64,000 bases of DNA from a virus. How positions within the stretch are numbered: the first letter of the stretch is position 1; each line of letters begins with the position of its first letter. The notes under the pieces were generated by a model. It was not told the origin of the DNA. It searched no databases and was given only the letters and a program-made list of their open reading frames with translations. The stretch spans positions 24,246 to 88,245 of IMG/VR virus record IMGVR_UViG_3300044710_000107. One strand, given 5' to 3'. Position numbers and translations under genes: made by a program. Shown here in pieces: positions 1 to 7,661 of the stretch.

Positions 1-499
1 TCCCATCGGCCATCACCTTGAGGTCGCGGTCGCAGTCGAGCCAGCCCTCGTCCCACTTTGCATATTCGCTGCTGCCAGCGACCTGCGGATTGTCCTGGCG
101 CGCGCCGCCGGCCTTCCTGGTATTCCAGCCGTCCGAATGCACGACCGCGTCGCGATGCCCTTGCCGAATCTCTGGCGTGCCCTCGTCCCACAGCTCGGCC
201 TGCTGCGCCGCCGGGTCGACGCCGGGCTCAAATAATTTTATTCCTTCCCATCCTGCGTACTTGATCAGTGCTTCCAGCCGCAGGATGCGCTCGTCCTCGT
301 CGAGCTTGCCGAGTTTCCGCAGCATGGAAACCGCGTCCAAGTTCGCGCCGGCGTCCTTCAGCCGCTTCAGTTTCGCCCGGATGCGGCCGACGGCTTTGTT
401 CTTCTCGATCTCGTCGGCGATGATCTCGCGCACGATCGAGCGGTATTCGTCAGCGCGGAGACCGTTGGTTCCAGCGTCGGCGGCGAGGTGTTCGGCCAT
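1..499 (-). CDS. GapR/DUF2312-like protein with C-terminal RMF-like motif (3' end runs off window)
   Basis: Not in ORF track (truncated). Hand translation: MAEHLAADAGTNGLRADEYRSIVREIIADEIEKNKAVGRIRAKLKRLKDAGANLDAVSMLRKLGKLDEDERILRLEALIKYAGWEG...DGWNTRKAGGARQDNPQVAGSSEYAKWDEGW. GGAGG RBS upstream of the ATG at 499. Confidence 0.6.
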   Translation of the reverse strand, partial: MAEHLAADAGTNGLRADEYRSIVREIIADEIEKNKAVGRIRAKLKRLKDAGANLDAVSMLRKLGKLDEDERILRLEALIKYAGWEGIKLFEPGVDPAAQQAELWDEGTPEIRQGHRDAVVHSDGWNTRKAGGARQDNPQVAGSSEYAKWDEGWLDCDRDLKVMADG

Positions 500-551
500 G
501 TGGTCCTCCAAATAGCCTCCAATTAGCGTCTGACTGGAGGACGGGTTGCGG

Positions 552-770
552 TTAGGCTGCGGTCGCTTCGCCGTTCTTGCCGGCCTCGATCGCGGTGAGC
601 AGTTCGGGCAGCGGGATGTTCGTCAGTCGGTGCATTTCCTGCACCTTATCGGCTGGAACAGTCTGCTTTCCCTGCGCCCATCTGGTGACGGTGCTGCGGG
701 CGACGCCAAGACGGTCGGCAAGCCAGAAGCGCCGGACGCCGCGGTCGTCGAGAAGGTCGCCGAGGTTCAT
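552..770 (-). CDS. Cro/XRE-family helix-turn-helix regulator
   Basis: 72 aa, WLADRLGVARSTVTRWAQG HTH motif; lies at the divergent junction. Confidence 0.85.
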   Translation of the reverse strand: MNLGDLLDDRGVRRFWLADRLGVARSTVTRWAQGKQTVPADKVQEMHRLTNIPLPELLTAIEAGKNGEATAA

Positions 771-778
771 GGCGCGGA

Positions 779-847
779 ACGATGGCGCAAGCGGAGTTGC
801 ACGTCAAGCAATTCCTGTTGACGCAATTCCTGTTCCGTGCCTATCCT
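779..847. promoter_or_regulatory. Divergent sigma70-type promoters with tandem operator-like direct repeats
   Basis: Plus strand: TTGACG(818-823)-18nt-TATCCT(842-847). Minus strand: TTGACG(807-802)-17nt-CATCGT(784-779). GCAATTCCTGTT repeated at 808-819 and 823-834. Confidence 0.6.
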
Positions 848-854
848 CCCGTCC

Positions 855-1178
855 ATGACCCGCGAGGAAGCAGCCAAAGGCGTGGACGGCATTCGACCAG
901 GATACTTTGTGACCCGGCTGGTGCGCGGCGGCCCTTTGGTCCCATTCCGGATCGTTGAGGCTGGCGGCATGTGGGTCCTGATCCTGGCCGGCGAACCGAC
1001 CAGCGCCGAGGCGATCGACAACCCATTCAAGCTGCCTCGGCTGCACTGGCCTGCGCACGAGATCGCGGAGGCCCAATACGACGCCATGCTCAGCGCCGCC
1101 GCGGCCGCGAAGCCCGGCGAGCCGCTGGCCGATCCGACCGTCGCTGTTTCGTGGCGCAATTCGCCGCCACTCTACTGA
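855..1178 (+). CDS. hypothetical phage protein
   Basis: First gene of rightward operon; PGYFVTRLVRGGPLVPFRI; codon bias fits. Confidence 0.7.
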   Translation: MTREEAAKGVDGIRPGYFVTRLVRGGPLVPFRIVEAGGMWVLILAGEPTSAEAIDNPFKLPRLHWPAHEIAEAQYDAMLSAAAAAKPGEPLADPTVAVSWRNSPPLY

Positions 1179-1189
1179 AAGGACCGAAC

Positions 1190-1453
1190 ATGACCGAACG
1201 CAGGATGATCGTCTCGATCGGATACGGCTCTTATGCCGTCAGCTACGAGGATGCGGCGTGGCTGTTCCGGATTTCCGACCGGGCAATACGCGTGGAGAAG
1301 AAGGCCGGCGTCAACGTGCCGACCAAGGACCAGGACCCGATGGTCATCATCGCGATCCTCGACGACGTGGACCTGACGATTTCGGCCTCTGAGCCGGCCG
1401 ACAAGGCGCAGCCGATCGATGTCGCGCGGGTTCCGGACGACGTGCCCTTCTGA
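1190..1453 (+). CDS. hypothetical protein ending in acidic DDVPF tail
   Basis: AAGGA RBS, ATG at 1190, coupled to next gene. Confidence 0.7.
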   Translation: MTERRMIVSIGYGSYAVSYEDAAWLFRISDRAIRVEKKAGVNVPTKDQDPMVIIAILDDVDLTISASEPADKAQPIDVARVPDDVPF

Positions 1454-1854
1454 TGATGTCCTCCGAACGCCGCATTGCGCGCCGCGGCGGGAAGCCGGCG
1501 AAAGCCGAGCCGAAGCCCAAGGTCGTGCGGAACCGCTACGCCGGCGTCTGCGCATGCGGCGCCAAGGTGCCGCCCGGCGCTGGCATCGCGCACCTCGTCG
1601 GCACCACATGGGAAGTCGAGTGCGGGAAATGCTCGGGCGCCACCGAGGTCAAACCGATCACCGCCGCCGACCGCGAGCGCCTCAAGGCGCGGCTGGTGGA
1701 GACATACAAGGCGTCGAATAACTCGCCGCACTTCGCTCCGCTTGACGGCCGTTGCTTCCATTGCCGGGGCGATCTGATCGCGTTCCTCGGCGAGGAATAC
1801 GGCAAGCGTCCGATCACAGGATGCCCAATGTGCAGCTACAGTTATTGCGAATAG
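1453..1854 (+). CDS. zinc-finger-containing hypothetical protein
   Basis: CxC and three CxxC motifs; TGATG coupling. Confidence 0.65.
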   Translation: MMSSERRIARRGGKPAKAEPKPKVVRNRYAGVCACGAKVPPGAGIAHLVGTTWEVECGKCSGATEVKPITAADRERLKARLVETYKASNNSPHFAPLDGRCFHCRGDLIAFLGEEYGKRPITGCPMCSYSYCE

Positions 1855-1863
1855 GAGCCGACC

Positions 1864-2874
1864 ATGTCCGCCCACGCCGAACCGATCGCGCCGACCGACG
1901 CGCACCTCGCCATCGCCTACGACGTGGTCTCGGAGAACATCCTCGGCGGCGACCTGCGGGAACAGATCGCCCGCGCCATCGCAGAGGCAGAGGCGCGCGG
2001 CCGCAGGCTCGGCCAGGGTGGAAATCAGCCGCCTGCCGAGTTGCTGCCCGAACGGCTGATCGACCCGGATGTGCTGCCGGACCTGCTGGCCAGGAATTAC
2101 GAGGCGTTGATTGAGCGCGGCGATGAGCTGTCGGCTGCGATCAAGCGCTGGAAGGCACTCCATCTGGTGCCGAAGCCGGACGACTGGCCGGAGGGCAAGG
2201 CGTGGCCGGAGCGCTACGCCATCCCGTCCGACGAGGACAACGGCAAGACGAGCAACTTCGTTCGCCTGCTGACCAGCTACGCCGGCGGCAAGAGCGCGGC
2301 ATCGGGCGAAGTGAACGAGGCCCGCGAGAAGGTGAAGGCGCCGATCATCGCAGCCGGCAAGGTGGTCGACGGCTGGTTCGGCACCCTGCGCGACGGCATC
2401 CGCGCCGACATGGCGATCATGGACCGGGCGCAGATCGAATACCTGCAGGACAAGGCCCGCAAAGAACAGCAGAAGCGTGACGCAGAGGCCGCCGCAGCGC
2501 TCGAGGAAGCCAACCGCCTGGCCGAAGCTGCGCGCTTGGCGAATGGCGCCGACGATATCACCGAGAAGGCCGTGATCGCCGAAGAAAAGGCCGAGGCCGC
2601 GGTGAAGGCCGCCGAGGCGCCGGCCACCGACATGACGCGCACGCGCACCGCCGAGGGCACGACCACCAGCCTCGGCGGCAAATGGATCTGGCGCCTGGCG
2701 GACATCAAGGCGCTCGCGAAGGCGGTGATAGCCGGCGACGTGCCGAGCATGTTCCTCACCACGAACGACAGCGTCATCGGCGCTGCGGTGCGGCCGGCGA
2801 ACGGACTTCGCACCTGCCCTGGGCTCGTCATCGAAAACGAAGCGAAACTGAATCGCAGCGGGAGGACGGCATGA
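1864..2874 (+). CDS. coiled-coil phage protein of the recombination module
   Basis: 336 aa, AGGAG RBS, Ala/Glu/Lys-rich helical region, C-terminal WxWRLxD...CPGLVI motif. Confidence 0.7.
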   Translation: MSAHAEPIAPTDAHLAIAYDVVSENILGGDLREQIARAIAEAEARGRRLGQGGNQPPAELLPERLIDPDVLPDLLARNYEALIERGDELSAAIKRWKALHLVPKPDDWPEGKAWPERYAIPSDEDNGKTSNFVRLLTSYAGGKSAASGEVNEAREKVKAPIIAAGKVVDGWFGTLRDGIRADMAIMDRAQIEYLQDKARKEQQKRDAEAAAALEEANRLAEAARLANGADDITEKAVIAEEKAEAAVKAAEAPATDMTRTRTAEGTTTSLGGKWIWRLADIKALAKAVIAGDVPSMFLTTNDSVIGAAVRPANGLRTCPGLVIENEAKLNRSGRTA

Positions 2875-3200
2875 AGATCATCGGCAAAACTGAGAATGGC
2901 TACATCGTCGAGGCGACCGATGATGAACTCGCCCATGCGGCTGGTTACCACGCAGGCTACGCGGCGCCCGGCTGGGATGCCAACCTCGGTGGCCGCTGGG
3001 GCCGTGGAGCGTTCCCAATCGGAACGAAGCTCAAGGTGACGGACGCGCACCGGTACATGCAGGAGCTTCGGAACGGCGAGGACAAGGCCCGCGATTCCGC
3101 CGCGCAACTGAAAGCGCTGGCGACGATGATCAGCGCCGCGCTGCCGACGACGGTGATACCGCCGAAGACCGGCGAGGCCGCCGCAGAACCAGCCGCCTGA
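2871..3200 (+). CDS. hypothetical protein
   Basis: GGAGG RBS, ATGA overlap. Confidence 0.7.
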   Translation: MKIIGKTENGYIVEATDDELAHAAGYHAGYAAPGWDANLGGRWGRGAFPIGTKLKVTDAHRYMQELRNGEDKARDSAAQLKALATMISAALPTTVIPPKTGEAAAEPAA

Positions 3201-3430
3201 TGCGACAGCATCCGGTCACGCCAGCGCGGAAAGCATTCGCCGAGGACCTCGGCGCTGCGATCGCTCGCGTGATCGACGACCACCCGAAGATCAGCCTAGA
3301 CGAGATCGTTGCAGTGCAGGCGCAACTTCTGGGCGCCGGCATCAAAGCCGCCTACCCGCAGGACGAGTGGTCGGCAATGACAGAGGTTGTGACAGCCAAC
3401 ATGGCTCAGCAGATGAAAGGCATCCAATGA
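3200..3430 (+). CDS. hypothetical protein
   Basis: translationally coupled ORF. Confidence 0.6.
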   Translation: MRQHPVTPARKAFAEDLGAAIARVIDDHPKISLDEIVAVQAQLLGAGIKAAYPQDEWSAMTEVVTANMAQQMKGIQ

Positions 3431-4047
3431 CCAAGTACGCAGTTCTCGACACGGAAACATCCGGCTTGTTCGATTTCAAACTGCCGGCCGATGCGCCGAC
3501 ACAACCGCGCCTGTGCGCGATCACGCTGATACTGACGGACGACGACATCGAGCCGATCGAGACTTACAGCGCGTTGATCAAGCCCGATGGCTGGACGGTC
3601 AGCGAAGAGATCACCGCGGTGAACGGCCTCACCACCGAGCGGTGCGAGGCCGATGGTGTGCCGATCCTTGAGGCGCTCGCCCGCTACACCGACGCCGTGA
3701 AAGCCGGCTACGTCGTCGTGGCCTTCAATGCGCAGTTCGACACCAAGGTCATGCGCGGGGAGTTCCGCCGTGCCGGCCTGCCCGACCTGTTCGAGGAGAC
3801 GCCGAACATCTGCGCCATGCGCGCTAGCAAGGGCCTTGGCGTCGAGAAGGCCGGCGAGAAGAAGGGCGGCTTTCCGAAGTTGTCCGACGTCTACCGCCAT
3901 TTCTTTTTCAAGGAGTTGGACGCGGCGCACACGTCGTTGTCCGACGCGACGGCGTGCCTCGAAATCTTCCGCAAGCTGGTGCAGATCGGCGCGGCGCCAG
4001 CACCCGAGGTGCACTACGCGAAGAACCGGCCAGGCGCTCCCGAATGA
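3427..4047 (+). CDS. DEDDh 3'-5' exonuclease (DnaQ/PolIII epsilon-like)
   Basis: VLDTETSG, AFNAQFD, AHTSLSDA Exo I/II/III motifs. Confidence 0.9.
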   Translation: MTKYAVLDTETSGLFDFKLPADAPTQPRLCAITLILTDDDIEPIETYSALIKPDGWTVSEEITAVNGLTTERCEADGVPILEALARYTDAVKAGYVVVAFNAQFDTKVMRGEFRRAGLPDLFEETPNICAMRASKGLGVEKAGEKKGGFPKLSDVYRHFFFKELDAAHTSLSDATACLEIFRKLVQIGAAPAPEVHYAKNRPGAPE

Positions 4048-4322
4048 GTGACGACGAAGCCCCGCGGCCATGGCGCTGGCGGAACTGCCGCGCCATCCGC
4101 CTGTCAATTTCGTTCTCGCCGCTTCCTTGGACGTGGGGCCTTGGCGTCTGGAATACCTGCAACGGCGGCGAGCATTGCGGCGGTTGCTACGGGAAGCATT
4201 GGGGCGTTGTGATCGGCCCGCTCTGCTTCTCCGCCGAGGCCGACCACGGCAACATCTCGACCGGCGACTGGCGAGCACGCTTCGGATTGTCCGAAGAAGA
4301 AGCATGGGAAAGATCGAAATGA
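4044..4322 (+). CDS. hypothetical protein (Trp/Gly-rich)
   Basis: ATGA overlaps at both ends. Confidence 0.55.
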   Translation: MSDDEAPRPWRWRNCRAIRLSISFSPLPWTWGLGVWNTCNGGEHCGGCYGKHWGVVIGPLCFSAEADHGNISTGDWRARFGLSEEEAWERSK

Positions 4323-6103
4323 GCGACCGCACGACGAGCACCGCTAGCCGCGAAAACCGCGCGCGCGAGGAACTGATGACCGTGCTTGCGCAGGCAGAAT
4401 CGCGCCGCGCACAATTCCTTGAGTTGCTGCCTTCGCAAATATCGTGGGACTCATTCAAAGACACCTTCAAGATCGCCGTCCAGATCAACCCGAGGCTGCT
4501 GGAAGCAAACCGCGAGAGCTTCTGGATCGCGTTGCAGCGGGCCGCGATGGATGGCCTGATGCCGGACGGCCGCGAGGGCGCGCTGGTTATCTTTGGTGAC
4601 GACAGCGAAGATGAAGAAGGCAACCGCGTCGCCTCGACCGCCAACAAGCCGAAGCGGGTGCAGTGGATGCCGATGGTGTGGGGATTGGTGAAACTCGTGC
4701 GCAACACGGGCAACATCGCGAACATCCGCACGAAGCTCGTCTACAAGGGCGAGCGCGTCGAAATCATCGACGAGGACGGGGCCGAGAGCTACAAGCACAT
4801 CCGCACGATCGGCGGTCCCGATCAGATCAACGACGATCCGGCGAACATCGTCGGCGCCTACGCAGTAGTGAATTACAAAGATGGCTTCTGGGAAATGGAG
4901 CCGATGAGCCGCGCTCAGATCGATCAGGTGCGCGCGGTCAGCCGGGCGAAGAAAGGGCCGTGGCTGCCATGGTATGACGAGATGGCGAAGAAAACAGTGC
5001 TGCGTCGGCTTATCAAGCGCCTCGACAAATCGCCGGTGCGCCTGCTCGAAGCCGCCCTCGATCGCGACGACACACTCACAATTGAGGGGGCGGCCGAGAC
5101 GCCCGCGCAACGCGCCATCGCCGCGCCCGCGAAACCTACGCCCGTAGCCGACCGGCCGGCGCCCGATCCAGATCGACGCGAGCCGGAACAGCGGCAGCCC
5201 GATCCGCCAACCGAGGATCAGCGCGGACAGCAGGAGCGACAGCAGGCCGCTACCGATCCCGGCAAAGATCAGCCGCCGCCCGCGCAGCAGGAGCCGCCGC
5301 GTCAGCAGCCGGCGGCCGGTACTGCGGTCGCCTTCTTCCCGGTCGACGACGTCGGCGAGCCGTTTGAACTGCCCGGCGGCGCCGAGGCGTTCGACAAGCC
5401 GAGCGACTTCGCCGGCTGGGTCGCGACCATGATGAAGGTGACGGCGCGGCCGGAGGCTCTATGGGAGAACAATGCGGACGCGCTGGGTGAGTTGAAGGCC
5501 GGCTGGCCCGACCTGTGGCGCCTGGCCGATGACGCCTATGCCGACGCTCAGAAGCGCGTGCAGGAACCGCCCGCAGCGACCGGGACGGCCGAAGACGCCG
5601 GCCAGCAGCCCGACGCCGCCAGCGGCCCGGAAAACGGCCCTGGCGAGGGCGACGGCATTCCGCCGGTCAAGGTGCCGTTGACGACTGGCGGGAAGCCCAG
5701 CGCCATCGGTTACGCCAAGGCCTGCCGCGCCGAACTCGACCACCTGACGACGCAGCAGGACGTCGCGGCATGGGTGAACCGCAACTTCCAGACCTACCAG
5801 GGCCGGGCGATCGAGGCCGCAATCGAGAAGCACATCCGCGAGACACGCGCGCGGATCGGCGGCGGAAGCGGTGCCGGCCCCGACGCGCAGCAGCAGCCTG
5901 CAGCGGACCGTGACGCCGCGACCGCCGACGGCTACCTCGAGGAAATCAAGGCGATGACGTCGCTGGACGCCGGCAAGACGTTCGGCGCCCGCGGCGACGT
6001 GGTCACCAAGATGGCCCGATGGGAGCGCGAGCGGCCCGAGTTGCACAAGGCGGTGACCGATGCCGCCGCGGCGAAGATGGCCGAGTTAAAGGGAGCGCGG
6101 TGA
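4319..6103 (+). CDS. recT: RecT-family single-strand annealing protein with long C-terminal extension
   Basis: AAMDGLMPDGREGALV, GAYAVV, GPW..WYDEMAKKTVLRRLIKRL motifs; about 330 extra C-terminal residues. Confidence 0.9.
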   Translation: MSDRTTSTASRENRAREELMTVLAQAESRRAQFLELLPSQISWDSFKDTFKIAVQINPRLLEANRESFWIALQRAAMDGLMPDGREGALVIFGDDSEDEEGNRVASTANKPKRVQWMPMVWGLVKLVRNTGNIANIRTKLVYKGERVEIIDEDGAESYKHIRTIGGPDQINDDPANIVGAYAVVNYKDGFWEMEPMSRAQIDQVRAVSRAKKGPWLPWYDEMAKKTVLRRLIKRLDKSPVRLLEAALDRDDTLTIEGAAETPAQRAIAAPAKPTPVADRPAPDPDRREPEQRQPDPPTEDQRGQQERQQAATDPGKDQPPPAQQEPPRQQPAAGTAVAFFPVDDVGEPFELPGGAEAFDKPSDFAGWVATMMKVTARPEALWENNADALGELKAGWPDLWRLADDAYADAQKRVQEPPAATGTAEDAGQQPDAASGPENGPGEGDGIPPVKVPLTTGGKPSAIGYAKACRAELDHLTTQQDVAAWVNRNFQTYQGRAIEAAIEKHIRETRARIGGGSGAGPDAQQQPAADRDAATADGYLEEIKAMTSLDAGKTFGARGDVVTKMARWERERPELHKAVTDAAAAKMAELKGAR

Positions 6104-6720
6104 TGGGCAAGCCAATTCTCTGCGTGGATTTTGATGGCGTCGTGCATTCGTACACCAGCGGCTGGAAGGGCGCGACCGTCATCCCGGACCCGCCTGTCGC
6201 CGGCTCGCTGCAATGGCTCTGGAAGGCGACCGAGTTCTGGGACGTCCAGATTTACTCATCGCGGTCGAAGGATTCCGCCGCGGTCGCAGCAATGAAGGCT
6301 TGGATGATCAACCACGCCGCCCTCGTCTTCGATGGCGAAGACCACCCGATGCGGAACGGCGGCGGTGGCTACCCCATTGGGTTCGTCCACGAGAAGCCGA
6401 GCGCCTTTCTTACGATCGACGATCGCGCCATCTGCTTCGAAGGCGACTGGTCCGAACTCGACGCGGCCGATCTGCTGAATTTCAAGCCATGGAACAAGCG
6501 ACCGCTCGGCGCGACCGGCAAGTTTCCGAATGGACAGCTTGGGCACGACGACCAAGGCGAACTCTCTATGGGCGTCGCATGGGACGAGCGCGCAGGCTTG
6601 GTGCGGCTTGCATTCGGCAAACCGGTGGCGTGGCTGGCGTTCCCGCGTGAGCAGGCGGTCGAGATGGCGAAGCTGTTACTGCGGCACGCGGGCGCAACGA
6701 AGGTCGAGGTCGAATTCTGA
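6103..6720 (+). CDS. HAD-superfamily phage protein fused to a small C-terminal domain
   Basis: CVDFDGVVHSY, SSR, KP..LTIDDRA motifs. Confidence 0.75.
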   Translation: MGKPILCVDFDGVVHSYTSGWKGATVIPDPPVAGSLQWLWKATEFWDVQIYSSRSKDSAAVAAMKAWMINHAALVFDGEDHPMRNGGGGYPIGFVHEKPSAFLTIDDRAICFEGDWSELDAADLLNFKPWNKRPLGATGKFPNGQLGHDDQGELSMGVAWDERAGLVRLAFGKPVAWLAFPREQAVEMAKLLLRHAGATKVEVEF

Positions 6721-6920
6721 TGACCGAGCAAGCCACGTTCATCAACCGGCTGCGGATCTGCCACTCGATCGACCTGCACGAACTCGAAGCCGCCGGCCTA
6801 CGCCTCGACGGCAAGCGGTGGCACGAGTTCCGCAGCAACCCGTACGTCTTCCTCATGCGGTGCGATGACCCGACCGCCGACGCGATCTGGAGGGTGATCC
6901 AGGCCAGGGAGACAGGTTGA
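6720..6920 (+). CDS. hypothetical protein
   Basis: coupled ORF. Confidence 0.6.
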   Translation: MTEQATFINRLRICHSIDLHELEAAGLRLDGKRWHEFRSNPYVFLMRCDDPTADAIWRVIQARETG

Positions 6921-7252
6921 TGGCGAAACAGGTCAGTTACGTCTGCGATCGCTGTGGGCATTCGCAGGCCGACGACAAGCCGGGAACGTTTGACGGGAAG
7001 CGGAACATGAATACGGTCTCGTTGCTTGTTCATGTCGGCCACCGGGACATCTATCCTTACTCCACCAGCGTGGGCCTCGACGACGGAACGATGCGGGCGT
7101 CGAAACTGTGGTGTGACGAATGCCTGCTGGCGACCGGGTTGACGAAGATCGTGAAGCTGCCCGATCGCAACCCTCGCCTCGCTCCAGCATCGCCTGGGCT
7201 TGAAGACATCATCCGCGATTGGATCGCCGACGCAGTGAAGGCCGCCCTCTGA
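6917..7252 (+). CDS. hypothetical zinc-binding protein
   Basis: CDRC...CDEC. Confidence 0.6.
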   Translation: MMAKQVSYVCDRCGHSQADDKPGTFDGKRNMNTVSLLVHVGHRDIYPYSTSVGLDDGTMRASKLWCDECLLATGLTKIVKLPDRNPRLAPASPGLEDIIRDWIADAVKAAL

Positions 7253-7467
7253 TGGCCGACAACGAATCCAAATTGTCCGACGCTATCGATCGCGCGACGG
7301 AAAAAGCGGCCCGTCTCCGCGCCAGCCATGATCGCCTTCTGGCGGAACTCGAAAACATCGTGCCCAGGTTCCATCGGTGCTGCATCGCGACCGGCAGCGC
7401 AGAGTGGGCCGCCGACGGGGCTGTCGAAAACGCGCGCGCTGCCATCGCTGCAGCAAAGGAAGTGTGA
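7252..7467 (+). CDS. hypothetical protein
   Basis: coupled ORF MADNESKL... Confidence 0.55.
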   Translation: MADNESKLSDAIDRATEKAARLRASHDRLLAELENIVPRFHRCCIATGSAEWAADGAVENARAAIAAAKEV

Positions 7468-7661
7468 TGGCGAAGCGCGACGGGCCGATCACCAGGCAGA
7501 AAGAGCGGATCGCCTTCCTCCGGACGCGGCTGGCCGAGATCGACCGCGAGCGAGCGCGGATCGTGATCCAACTCGACGAGGCAGAGAACGCCCTGGCGAT
7601 GCTGACTGGCAAGCCTGCGGAGACGCCGCGGCTACCATTGGAGGAGCGGGCCGATGCCTGA
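7467..7661 (+). CDS. hypothetical coiled-coil protein
   Basis: coupled ORF MAKRDGPITRQKER... Confidence 0.55.
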   Translation: MAKRDGPITRQKERIAFLRTRLAEIDRERARIVIQLDEAENALAMLTGKPAETPRLPLEERADA

